Shown here: piece by piece, positions 1 to 12,324 of the stretch
Position numbering within the stretch: position 1 is the stretch's first letter
Layout of the letters: the number at the start of each line of letters is the position of its first letter
Assembly (NCBI GenBank): GCA_963575745.1
Contig: CAUYUJ010000004.1
Location: forward strand, 434,001-498,000
Length of the DNA stretch: 64,000 nt
DNA from: Prorocentrum cordatum
Taxonomy: Eukaryota
Reading direction: 5' to 3'
The notes under the pieces: generated by a model
Told to the model about the DNA's origin: nothing
Databases searched by the model: none
Seen by the model: the letters and a program-made list of their open reading frames with translations, nothing else
Translations under genes and position numbers: made by a program

Positions 1-240
1 CAATTGGACCTCCTGCACGTACCGCGGAGCCATGACGCAATGGTTCTCGAAGACGAAGAATCTCGGCCCAGAAGCTTTCACCCGGCTCGGCTTCAGGACT
101 CGGCGGACGTACATCTTGTAGATGTAGTGCGGCATGGTCTGCAGGCGAGGGCCCTTGTGGGTGTAGTCGTCGGCCGCGTTCGCGCTGGCGGCGCGCGCCT
201 GCATATCCTCGCACTCCGCACCGTGAAAGACTCAGGCTGA
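1..240 (-). pseudogene. Helitron Rep-Hel-like coding fragment running off the window start
   Basis: Minus-strand frame not in the ORF track: ...AADDYTHKGPRLQTMPHYIYKMYVRRV...RFFVFENHCVMAPRYVQEVQL. It resembles the DY..R...L...Y...F...H...Q linker between Rep and Pif1 helicase domains. No Rep or helicase core motif is visible. Confidence 0.45.
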
Positions 241-715
241 GGAGTAGCGCGAGCAGGCGCGGCCGCAGACGCGCCTCGGCCCCTCCCCGCGTGCTGAGAA
301 GCGCCGCGGGAGGCCGAAGATGGGGGCGAGTTTCGCGGCGAGGCGAAGGCCATCGCAATGTAGACTGCGCAGGACAGGCACCTTGTGGCGAGGGGCATTG
401 GAATGTCGGAGGCACGTTCTGGACCAAGGACGGCAATCAGAGGCAGAAGGGGAAATTGGATTGCATTAAGAGTGCGGGGGGCTTCGAACGCCGCAGCAAT
501 AGCGCTAAGAACGCAAGGGCGGCAAGCAAAAGGTAGCCCGGGAATGGGGGCCTGGGAACTCGATGAACACAAAGTTTCCTACAGCTGGCTCCGGGCATTC
601 ACAATGCATCCCGGGAATGGAGTTCTGGGAACTATGTGGCCCGGGAATGGAGTTCTGGGAACTCGACGAACACGAAGTGGCCTACAGTTGGATCTGGGCA
701 TGAAAAAAAGGGGCC

Positions 716-746
<31 letters not shown>

Positions 747-795
747 GACTACTACTACTACCATTACTACTACTACGACCACTACTACTACTAGA

Positions 796-842
<47 letters not shown>

Positions 843-891
843 GACTACTACTACTACTACGACTACTACTACGACTACTACGACTACTACG

Positions 892-971
<80 letters not shown>

Positions 972-975
972 CACT
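716..975. repeat. (ACT)n microsatellite
   Basis: Directly visible; explains the poly-T/V/S ORFs. Confidence 0.97.
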
Positions 976-1557
976 GCTAAAATTCCCCAAGGGGGTCGTC
1001 GGAGACGCCAGAGGCGTTGAAGTCCGAGGAGGAGAGGAGAAGGAAAGGACAGAGAGGGAGGACTCGGAGGCCCCTGGAGGGGGGGAATTGCCCATCCGAG
1101 GGAACGGTGCCCCCCCCCCTCCCCGTCGCGAAAACGAGGCACCAGCCGTGGCAACGACCCCCCCCCCTATCCCCCCCCGCGACCTGAGTAGACCACCCAA
1201 GCCAGCGGGGAGCGTCATAGGGGGCGGGGTTCTGACGCCGATGAAAGAAGAAGGAGGAGAGCGGGAGGCAAGGAACAGGCAGACGAAAGCCCTTTAAGGC
1301 TTTACCCGGCGTGTGGGCATGCCCTTTTTGGCTGTTGCGGGGGCAAGCCCGCGCGGTCGCCCGCAGGCGACAGGGCGCCCTGGCCCTCTTCGTGAGCGCG
1401 CAGGCGCGTGGCGTACTTCATGCGCATGATTGCCCGCTGAAGCGCCCCGCGGCACGACAGCGACGGTAAAGGGGCAAATTCGGCGACGCTGGGAGCCCCT
1501 AATGCGACGAGGAAGCTACAGATGCATCTTCTGTGACACTGGAGCCCCGCAGGACAA

Positions 1558-1824
1558 GTCAGCTCAGCCTGCCTCAGCCTCAGCCTGCATCAGCCTCGTC
1601 TCAGCCTCAGCCTGCGTCAGTCTCAGCCTGCTGCGCTCCCGCATACCCCTTCGGCCTCAGCCTGCCTCAGCCTCAGCCTGCATCAGCCTCAGCCTCAGCC
1701 TCAGCCTGCCTCAGCCTCAGCCTGCTGCGCCCCCGCATACTCCTGCGGCCTCAGCCTGCATCAGCCTCAGCCTGCATCAGCTTCAGTCTCAGCCTCAGCC
1801 TCACAGCCTGCCTCAGCCTCAGCC
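1558..1824. repeat. (CTCAGC)n degenerate hexamer repeat
   Basis: Directly visible. Confidence 0.9.
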
Positions 1825-2133
1825 GTACCTCCGATGGCGCCGAGGTGGCTCCCGTGCGTTCCTGCACCACGGAACGCACCTCCGATGGCGCCAAGGTGGC
1901 TCCCGTGCGTACCTGCGCGCACGGAGCGCGTCTCCGATGGCGCTGAGGTGGTTCCCGTGCGTACCTGCACGCACGGAACGCACCTCCGATGGCGCCGAGG
2001 TGGCTCCCGTGCGTACCTGCACGCACGGAACGCACCTCCGATGGCGCCGAGGTGGCTCCCGTGCGTACGTGCACGCACGGAACGCACCTCCGATGGCGCC
2101 GAGGTGGCTCCCGTGCGTACCTGCGCGCACGGA
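1825..2133. repeat. 52-bp minisatellite, ~6 copies
   Basis: Unit acctccgatggcgccgaggtggctcccgtgcgtacctgcacgcacggaacgc, with copies starting at 1982 and 2034. Confidence 0.92.
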
Positions 2134-2660
2134 ATGAGCTCCGCCGGATTCTCCCGGCTTCTGCCCGCTTCCGCCCGGACCCCCTCTGGAGTGTCACGAT
2201 GTTTTCTTTTGACCCTGCTAGAAACCTATCAGCAAAAACTGTTAGGTAATTACTCCGACGGAAGGGACCCCGCATGATAATCTCTTTAGCTTGCATGGGG
2301 GTATCCTCCTGCCCCTTCCCTTCTCCCACCTACTCTTGCCTCCTCGTTCTCCTCCTGTCTGCTCCTCCTCCTGCCTCAACCCCTGCCTCTTCCTCCTCTT
2401 CTTGCCTCCTCCACCTCCTCCCCCTCCCCCTCGTTATGTTTCCTCCCCCCATTCCCCCTGCCCCTCCTGCCTCCTGCCTCCTCCTCCTGCTCTCCCTCTC
2501 CCTTCTCCTCCTCCTCCTCCTCCTCCTCCTCCTCCTCCTCCTCATCCCCTGTCCTCCTCCTCTCCCTCTCCCTCATCCGCTTCCTCCTCCTCCTCCTCCT
2601 CCTCCTCCTCCTCCTCCTCCTCTTCCTCGTTTCCACATTCCCCCCCCCTCCTCCCCCCCC

Positions 2661-2810
2661 AGTGAGAATAGTAGGCCCCAGGTTCGACTTCAGACATCTT
2701 TTGAGGCTTCCTACGTCGCCACCGCCGTATAGGGCAGAGCGCCCTCAGCTGCTACTTTTTATAGCCACAGATCGAAAACATACTGTGGCTCAAGGCGAGA
2801 AAAGCCCGCT
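2661..2810 (+). repeat. 5' LTR (150 bp)
   Basis: agtgagaatagtagg...aaaagcccgct; 5 mismatches to 11712-11861. Confidence 0.95.
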
Positions 2811-2811
2811 T

Positions 2812-2823
2812 TGGTAGCGGAGC
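2812..2823 (+). promoter_or_regulatory. Primer-binding site, probably tRNA-iMet
   Basis: TGGTAGCGGAGC begins 1 nt after the 5' LTR; it resembles iMet PBSs (TGGTATCAGAGC, TGGTAGCAGAG). Confidence 0.75.
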
Positions 2824-3117
2824 TATCAAGCTCCGCGGGCCACCCCTCCGGTCGGCCGGCCCTCCGCGCGGCCAGCGCCGCGCGTGCCCGCGCCTCCGCA
2901 GGCAAGTGCGACTACTGCAAGTACGAGTGCGCGCTGGACTACCAGTGCGCGAGGTCCCGCGAGTACGCGGGGTACCACGACGACGGCAACCTCCAAGAGT
3001 GCGACGAGTACCGCGGGCACGCGGAGTACCACCAGCACGTCAAGGAGGTTCAGGCGATCACGCCTGATCTACGGCACTGTTTTCTACTACTTGTACTTTG
3101 TTTTTTACGGCGCCGAC

Positions 3118-6100
3118 ATGGCGCGCCAGCAGCAAGGCGGCGACAGACAACAGGGTACGCTTCAGCTCGAGGAGTTCACGAAGTTTGTTCCTCCGGGCTG
3201 GCGCCCGCACGTGAGAGGTTACACGTTCCGACGATATATGCAGAAGCTGAAGCTGTGGTGGAGGATTACCGAGGAAAATCAGTATGAAAGGATTGGGCCT
3301 CTCATAGTCTCACGACTTCAGGGCGCTCCCTTCACCGCAGCGATGTCGTTCACTCATGTACGAGATGGAGTTCAGTATCGAGGAGATGAAGCCATAGCAC
3401 TGCCAGCACAGTTGGCCAACCCTCCTCATCAGCAGGAAGATCAACCCGGCATCAAGCACTTCTTGAATCAGCAGAAAGCGATATATGAACTACACGATCA
3501 AGACAGAGTTGGCATTGCATTGGACTCGTTCTTTGATTGCCGGAGAGGACACCATCAAGACATACCGACGTGGATATCATCGTTCGAGCTGGCATTCGAA
3601 GATGCATGCGAGGAAGGCGGCTTGGTCATGAACGACACGGGCCGCAGCCATTTATTATTGAAGAATAGTGGACTATCAGACAAGAGGCTCGACGATTTGA
3701 AACTGCACGTGGCAGGCGATCTATCGCAATATCGAGTATTGCAGGGCCTGATGATGAGGCTCGGCAAGCAGGACCAGGTCGGGCAACACAATGAGTGGGC
3801 CTGGTATGGTGAACAGGGAGATGGAGCCGATCCGGAAGATATGGGGGAGACCTGGTACGAGGCCTACAATGACGAGCAGTACGAGTGGGGCTACGACCAG
3901 GACTTCGGCTGGACGGCTACAGCAGATGGCGAATGGTACTTCCAAGAGTATGATGACATCTGGGCCAAGTATGACGACAGCGACGAGATGACAGAGTATT
4001 ACGAGGCAGATCAAGACGACAACGACACCTACTACGGTGGCAAAGGACGCGGCAAAGGCAAACGTGGCAAAAGCAAAGGCAAAGGTCGAGGACGAGGCGG
4101 ATTCAGACGGCGCTTTCCCATGAAAGGCAAAGGACGTGGCAAAGGCAAAGGTCGCAGCGGCGGCGGCAACGATCGCATGAGCGGTGCAGGTCAGCGACGC
4201 GACGGATGCGATATTTGTGGAAGCAAATGGCATGATCGAGTCACTGCCCCGCCAAGGATCGACAGCAACAGCAGCAGCCGCAGCAGCAGCAGAGCTCGAC
4301 CTCGACGAAAGGCAAAGGTAAAGGTGGACGCAGCCGTCACTATGCAAACGTTGTTGGTCTCTCTACCTCGGACGCGACAGCAGCATCGGCGTCCGCAGGA
4401 TCGAGTTCGGCGGCACCACAGATGACGACGAGGCCGCCTGGCTCGTGGATCAACGTTGCTACTCCGATCACTTCGACGGCAAGCGCGATACCTGTGGAGC
4501 GATATCATATGGCTACCGGTTCCGAGTGTGCAGTACCAGAAGGTGACTCGTATCAGATCGACGCGGACGAGCCCTCTGACTGGTGCACGCATCCTGAAGT
4601 TGAGGCACCAACACCGGAACGTCAGCGACCGGTTCGACCTCCCATTCTGGGGTCAGCTTCTCCTTTTCCTGATGATCGAGTCAGCCGGACGCCTCTGAGA
4701 TCGGTGCTTCGTGACACGACGGCATCATCATCAGCAGGCGAGGCTCCAGCTTTGACGTTGGCCCAGAAGTTATCTAAGCAGTACGCTTTGGTGGTCATGA
4801 AGAACCAGGTGAGCATCACAGGTGGCACTGACATGAATGACCAGATGAGCTCCTCAGATGGCAATGACATGATGAACGAATCTGCTCAATCATCTAGGAT
4901 ATTTGGGTGTCAGCAGTCATTGCCCACAAAAGCAGATCAATCACTTCAATTGCTTGGTTGTCAGCAGAGGCCTACATATGATGATCAGCGACACAGCTCA
5001 TTCCTGGGAGGCAAGAACAGCAACGACGACCCCTACGCGATACTGCATACAGTGAAAGGCAAGCCTCGACATGGATTGATCGTTGACCCAGGAGCGGCTG
5101 AAGGTCTACTTGGCACGGAGACGTTGTTGGAGTGGAACATGGACTTGCATCAGCCTGAAGGCATCTCCTACAACATCCGGTCTTCTCAGGCGACCTTCAC
5201 GGGCATCAACGGTCAAGCCGACCCCTCATGCGGCGAGTTTCTCGGACCGATCTGGGTCGAAGGCATGGCGAAGGGCACCACCTACCAGGCGGACGTGATT
5301 GGCGGTCCTGGCGCAAGGTGCCCTGGCCTCCTGCCCAACAGCACCATGATCAAGCAGAAGTGCATCCTGTTCGAGAATATGTATCGCAATGGCGACGGCA
5401 TCCTGGCGTTCGTGCCTGATGCTAAAGTCTCTACGATGGCTCGAGTATTGTTGACAGATTCTGGGTACTATCTTCTACCGATCGACGTGTTCAAGCCTCA
5501 GACGGAGCAAGTGGTAGACGAGATGGTCAACCTGATCGAGGAAAGGATACATAAGTTATTCTCAGCTTTTGATCATCGCCGGAAGCCCAAGGTTCAGCTA
5601 CACACCGCCAGTCAACCACAAGGCCCCGAAGCGCAGAATCAGAGTGAGATAAGTAGACTGGCAGCACCCTCGACGACACCGCCATCGAGACAGACATATG
5701 GATCGTATCAGAACAAGGACGCCACAGAATTCTATGATGTATGGAGACAGTTCGGCAGCATCAGATACTCTCAAGATGAATGGCCAAGTAACTTTGAGCA
5801 TGATGATTGTCATCGAATGGCTCGAGAGTACGAGTTCATGGACGAGAAGTTTTACACGACATCTCGGTTACCGGTGATTCGACCAGAACACGTTCGAGCC
5901 TTCATTCAGCATATGCGTTCAGTAGCCCACAAGACGAGTCTAATGGTGGAAGTCTTTTCAGGCACCTCTGGAGTTTCTTGCGCAGCCTATCGGAATCACC
6001 TGATAACTTTACCACCGATCGACTATCGTTATGGCTGGGATCTACATCGACCGGATCATCAGCAGCTGCTACTTGAACTACACGAAGCTTTTGTGCCATT

Positions 6101-9100
6101 ATTTTCGCTAATGGAGTTCTACTGCCGACCTTGGTCTCAGTCAAATAACAACGCGGAGCCTGTTGAGTTGGAAAGCAGGCGAGATTACGAACGACCGATA
6201 CTGACATGGACAGCTCAGACATATGCGCCCGCACTGGAACGCAGAGGAAGTCAGATTATCATGGAGAACCCATCTCGCTCAGCTATCTGGAAGCAGTCAG
6301 ATCTTCGGCTGATCCCTGACATCCTGATGCGCGAGATGCATGACAACATCACTGACCAGTGCGCGCATGGAGCCTGGAGTGTGGATCTGGAGTTGCCGAT
6401 TCGCAAGAGGACTTTCTTCCGAAGTACGACTCGGCTGCGAAGCACATCCAGATCATGCAAGTGCACAACACCACATGCGGAGCTACAAGGCACCGACGAC
6501 AAAGGTCGAAAGCGAACGGCCTTGGCAGCAGTTTATCCAGTTGGGTTGTGCCGATCATTGGTCAAGGACATGGTCAAGCACATGCACTCCTGCCGGACAC
6601 AGGCTTATTGGAAATGCAAGCGTTGTCAGCATGGTGCAGGTTCAGGGGTACCACACACACGAGAGGACGGTTGCAGATTCAAGCCGGTTCCTGGACCAGG
6701 AGCATCTCCAGCTGCAGCACCTCAGGCAGCTGCTGAACAGGTTGGAGAGCCAGCACCTCCTCCAGCACCAGTTCCAGCAGACGAGCAAGCACCAGCACCA
6801 GCAGCAGCAGCAGAACCACCAGCAGCAGAAGCAGCAGATCCGGTTCCACCGCCTCCGACACCAGTGGCATCACGACCGACGACATCGGCATCAAAGGTCA
6901 CGATCATCAAGCCCTCCTTCGACCTTGGCAAGCTAGCTCAGAAGTTGACACAGGCTGCCTCGGACGAAGAGCGCATCAAGTTGCTCATGGGCCTTCACTA
7001 TAAGTTTTTTCACCCTCCGGACTTTGAGATCGAGAGGATGATTCGAGCCCTTGGACTACCTGCACCTATTCGAGAGCTATGCAAAGGCCTGGCTGAGCAC
7101 TGCGAGACCTGCCTGCAGCGACAGCGAGCTATGAACAAGCCGAGTATCAAGATGACCATCGCAGTTCGCTTCAATGAGCGCGTCCAGGCAGATCTGTTCT
7201 TCGTATTCGAGAAGACTTGGCTGATGATGATCGACGAGTGCATCAGGTACCGCATCGCATGCCTGCTGGCCACCAAGCAGGGCAAGGACGTCTTACGCGC
7301 GATGCTCGGTCACTGGATTCGGTATTTCGGGCCGATGGATAACCTGGTGATGGATCAGGAAGGCGGTATGACGACTGACAACGTGGCGCTGGTGGCAGAC
7401 AGATACAATCTACGGCTGATATTTGGTTGAGCTGATGGACACACCACCACAGGTCTGGCAGAGCGAGCGATTCAGACCTTGAAGCTGACCGCTCTCAAGA
7501 CGAAGCGCGACGTGATCAAGCAAGGCCTGACCGACATCAGCGACGAGGACATAGTGGAGGAATCAGCGATGGTGGCGAATCTCTTCATGAATTACGGCGG
7601 CTCGGTTCCAGCTCAAGGGTTGTTTGGATATATGCCTAAGGACGCCTACGACCCGGAAGCAGGAACCCTGACGGCCACTCAGAGTGCGATGGATCTCACG
7701 CCGGACCCGACTGAGCAGCATTTGCGCCTCAGGCTCTTGGCGAAGTCTAACATCCTGCAGGCCATCATCGAGGAAAGGATCGCCAAGGCCAACAATACAC
7801 GTCAGCAAGCTCAGGATGCCAAGTGGATCGAGACGCTCAAACCTCATGATCAGATTGACATTTGGCGTACACCAGCCAGGAAAGATCAAGATGGTTGGCG
7901 AGGTCCAGCGGAGTTCATCAGCCTTGACAGGGACAAGGCGGCGGCCATCGTGATTCACCAGAATCAGCCATACAGGATACCGACAAGGCACATGCGAGCA
8001 CGACGAATGAGCTTCTATGTTCTGGGCACATCCTGGGACAAATATCAAGTGTACCTCGGCAGCGGCAGCACGATGAAGCTCACGGAGTTGTTCGAGATCA
8101 TTGAAGGCACACCACCAGGCATCGTGTATCGCATGGGCATCTTCAACGAGCAACCTACACCACCGGAACTACTGCAGGCACCTCCTCCGACATGGCTGTT
8201 GGCACAGAGTGTGGGTATGACCATTTTTCGGATGACGAGCGTAGACGGCATCATCTACGGTCAAGGACAACGGCAGCTAAAAGGTCTGAGTGAATTCACA
8301 CATGGGGTGATCGTGGCCTGGCGAGATCGACACCGAGAAGATTACTATAGCAGCGACATCGATCCGAGTCAGCCGATCAACATGGTGAAGTTCGTAGGCG
8401 CCGACTGGGACAAGTACCATTTTCTATTATTGGTATCTAAGCATCGGTATGGTGACGATAACCCGGGCACCTACCAGCATCCTGACCTAAGCGACATACC
8501 GTTTCTTGACGACGATCCGTATGATCCACCCAGCATCTTGCAGCACACAATGCCTATCGAGGTGGACGATCATACGATGCCTCCAGCTTCTCCGATTGCA
8601 CCAGCATCACCGGCGACACCTGCAGAAGCACCACGACTTCCTCAGATACCAGCGCAGCCAGTATTTCCATCACCTGCTGAACGACATCAGGAACTAGCAT
8701 CACCGGAACATGCTGTTTCGCCTATCCTGGAAAAGCTGCGCGGTGTGATTCAGACGATCGCGAAGCAGAAGACCAAGGCAGCTGCAGCGGCAGCTCGGAC
8801 TCAGATGACACAGAGACGCGACGATGATGGAGATGAAGTGTTTCAACCATCAGCAGGAGCAGCATCGACTTCACCGGCAGAGTTCAACGACGGACTCGAG
8901 CAAGATCTTAGCCAGTTGATTGACGATGAGAATCTGGAACGGGAGATGAGCAAGCTGATGGAGATACATCAGGAAGTTGAAGCTCTAGAACGTAGTATTG
9001 ATGAAGGCAGAGCCCGGCGACTTCTAGAAGAAGCAGAAGCACGACACCCAGCATCAGCCGCTCCACGATCACGATCACACTCACCGAGACGACCAGATTC

Positions 9101-11672
9101 TGGGACCGCGGCGGCATCAATGCAAATGGTACCAGTCACTGAACAGAATGATGACACCACGACAAGGACTCGGCATGACCCGAGAGCACGAAAGCAGACC
9201 GACTTAGACGACAGCATCATCGACCTTGGACATCAGCGGAAGCAAGCGCGACCAACTACTGAACCACTTCGACCTCTACCAGAAGTTATTCCACTTCATG
9301 AGCAAGTCCTTCAGCCACTTCAGGATGGACCAGCACCTGAAGTTGATTCGCATCAAGATCAAGGACTTCAGCCAGGTCAAGATGGACAAGCAGTCTCGGC
9401 TCAAACGGGCAGCCATGGCGAGGAGAACACCATGAATGCCAATGACTCTGGCATCCTTGCCGACGCGCTTGGCGAATAGATGGAGGTTCCTGAGGTTGAG
9501 GTGATGAACGATCCCGAGGACGAGCCAATACCGTTGCAGGACGCAGATGCTCTGTACACGTGGTATGCAGGCCACGCATCAGATAGATCAGTCATCACGC
9601 ACACGGAGGAGTTGGTAAAGCTATATGAGATCAGTCACTTTCCTGACAAGCTCTACCCAGGCCCTCCAGACATCACTACACATCATCATGCTGCAACGTC
9701 CCCATGGACTACGACAGATTCCTGCTGCATTTTCAAGGGCTTGGAGAGTCACGGTCCGTCGCGATGTTTCTACCTGGACTTGATGGATCACGAGATGGTG
9801 GAGATATACGCGTCCCAAGCCGAGCAATTGATTCAGGAATCTGAGTTCGAGAGTCTCTGGCCCCAGATAGAAGAATCCGACCACAACGAGATCAATAATT
9901 ACGTCAAGCACGACTGCTTCAGGCCCAAGCTGAAGACTGAGTGCAACAACGCCAACTTCATAGACGCTACTTGGGTCAGACGATGGATGTGGAAGGAGAA
10001 ATGGGTCGTGCGATGCAGACTTTGTGGACGAGGCTTCTTGGACAATCAGAAATGGGCAGTGGACAGACACTCTTCGACGGCAGCAAGAGTATCGCAGCGG
10101 ATGATGGTATCGATCAGTCAGTGTGAGCCAGGCTTTGTGACAGAAAGCTGGGACATCTCATCAGCCTTCATGCAGGGCTTGAGGTTCAGTGAACTGTCCG
10201 AACGATCTCGTGAGCTTGGACTTGATGTACGAGAGAAGCGCGAGGTCTACATAGCCCCTCCGGCTAACGTCTGGCGCCACCTCAAGCAGTTGTCGGAGAT
10301 GTTCGCCAAGATTCCAGATGATCAACAACATTTATATGTATTTGAGTGTGTGAAACCAGTTCCTGGACTCATTGATGCTCCACTATTGTGGCAGGCAGCG
10401 CTGACACTACACATCAAGGACAAGATGGCGGGCAAGCGAGCACTACTTGACGAGAACTGCTTTGTGTGGCACGACGACAAGACGGAGAAGCTCACGCTAG
10501 CGACTACAGTACATGTGGACGATCTCTTCCCGACAGGCAGGCAGTCATGGCTGGATTGGGCACATGCTTTGCTGGAGAAGAAGTTCGGCAAGATTACGAG
10601 AAAGACAATGCCCTTCACCCATCTTGGCATATAATATCATCGACTATCTGATGGCACCATCTTCTTGAGTCGAGACGCCTACCTGGACACGATCGAGTCA
10701 CCACAGCTGGATAAGGAACGAAGTAAGAACGACAGCTCACTATGTACGGCCAGTGAACATCATCAATATAGATCGCTATGCTGTCAACTATTTTATATTC
10801 TTCAGACGCGCTGGGATCTTAGCGCGGCTACGACACAATTGCAGACAAAGCAGACCGCCCCGACGATCGGAGATTTCAAGCAGTTGAAGAGCGTGTTGGA
10901 GAGAGCCAAGAAGAATCGAGAACGAGCTGGCTTGTATTATCGCAAGATGATTGGACCGTTCCGCTTGGCAAGCATCAACGACGCAGCTCATGCCACCAAG
11001 ACGACTTCATACGCACATGAAGCTCAAGGACTCTTCTTGATGGAAGATCGCAGAGTGAAGTTCAGTCGACATGGCATTGCCTCGAAGACCTCATATGACA
11101 ACGTCTTTGGTGCAGCTCATCCGTTGATAGGTCAGAGCAGAAAATCCAAGAGAGTATCATATTCAACAAGTCATGCAGAGACAGTGGCAGCAGTTGGAGG
11201 TTCACAAGCAGCACAATTTACGGCATTGAGGTTCACCGAGCTGATTGCCAGACCTATGTTGGAGAAGACTGCTGGAGGTGCCCTCAAGAATCTGATGATC
11301 ATGCAAGATGAAGGGCGCTCGATCATACCCATAGACTTCATCGCCGACTGCTACGACCTCTACCATCTCGTGACGGGCCTGAAAGGAATACCAGTTGACA
11401 AGACACTGCGTCTCAGCATTCTCAGCCTTCGAGAAGATAGATTATCAGGACGAGTGCGGAGATTCTACCACTGGCCGACAGAAGTTATGGTAATGGACAG
11501 TCTCACAAAGCCAGGACAGTTTCCGCAGATGCAAGATTACCTTCTATCAGGAGTGATACGACACCGAGGGCTGATCAAGATGAAGAACGGCATCGAGAAC
11601 GTGATTACCGTCAAGGAGATAGCCTCCAGGACCGAGTTCACAGAGAGCGACCTGGTGAACATCCAGGTCTAG
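3118..11672 (+). pseudogene. Gag-Pol polyprotein, interrupted
   Basis: ATG at 3118. CCHC knuckle CDICGSKWHDR/HC is split by a frameshift near 4240. Protease LIVDPGA (~5085). Integrase HYKFFH...CETC, VQADLF, VMDQEG, GLAER, WRGPA. RT DISSAFMQG, GLIDAPLLW, VHVDDL (~10515). RNase H NDAAHA, HAET, DCYDL, DSLTK. In-frame stops at 7428 (TGA), 9477 (TAG) and 10632 (TAA). Confidence 0.93.
5930..6585 (+). other. C5 cytosine DNA methyltransferase domain within Pol
   Basis: Motif I VEVFSG.SG; motif II/III PIDYRYGWDL; motif IV EFYCRPWS (catalytic Cys at 6123); motif VI MENP; DQCAHG; motif VIII IRKRT; motif X AAVYPVGLC. Confidence 0.85.
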
Positions 11673-11711
11673 TGGGGGCCGGGCCTATCAGTCGTAGAAG
11701 CACAGAATCAG

Positions 11712-11861
11712 AGTGAGAATAGTAGGCCCCAGGTTCGACTTCAGACATCTTTTGAGGCTTCCTACGTCGCCACCGCCGGATAGGGCAGAGTGCCCTTAGC
11801 TGCTACTTTTTATAGCCACAGATCGTAAACATACTGTGGCTCAAGGCGAGAAATGCCCGCT
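11712..11861 (+). repeat. 3' LTR (150 bp)
   Basis: 145/150 identical to the 5' LTR. Confidence 0.95.
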
Positions 11862-12324
11862 CCCCCCTCCTCCTCCTCCTCCTCCTCCTCCTCCTCCTCC
11901 TCTCCTCCTCCTCCTCCTCCTCCTCTCCTCCTCCTCCCCCCTCCTCCTCCTCCTCCTCCTCCTCCTCCTCCTCCTCCTCCTCCTCCTCCTGCCTCCTCCT
12001 TAGGCCTCCTGCCCCCTCCTGGGGCCTCCTGGGGCCTCTTGGGGCCTCCTGGAGCCTTCTGGGCCTTCCGGGGCCTACTGGGGCCTCCTCGGGCATTTCT
12101 CCTCCTCCTTTTCCTCCTCGTCCTTCCTCCCCTCAGCCTCTTCCTCTTCCTGCTTTCCTGTCTCGTCCTGCATCATCCCTCTTTCTTTTCCTGGCAATCC
12201 TCCTCCTCCTCGTCCTCGTGCGGAACACGACCCAGAGGAAGCGCACGACGTGCGTCCCAGCCAATGCGCGCCGGAGGACGACCCAGAGGAAGCGCGCGCC
12301 GGAGGATGACCCGGAGGAACCAGG

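Larger units (their letters stand above)
2661..11861 (+). mobile_element. Full-length Ty1/Copia-type LTR retrotransposon carrying a DNMT domain (mutated copy)
   Basis: Paired 150-bp LTRs and a PBS. Domain order is gag-PR-DNMT-IN-RT-RNaseH. Both flanks read CCCCC (compatible with a TSD) within a (CCT)n/poly-C tract. Confidence 0.95.

Noticed and set aside
385..1218. Poly-Thr/Val/Ser ORFs
   Set aside because: Translations of the (ACT)n microsatellite.
1825..2133. CRISPR-like regular repeats (also 12325-13346 and 32310-32645)
   Set aside because: Head-to-tail units with no unique spacers, no cas genes, and a eukaryotic context.
4225..4250. Programmed gag-pol frameshift
   Set aside because: The shift falls inside the CCHC knuckle with no slippery heptamer; it is better explained as a 1-nt loss or sequencing error.
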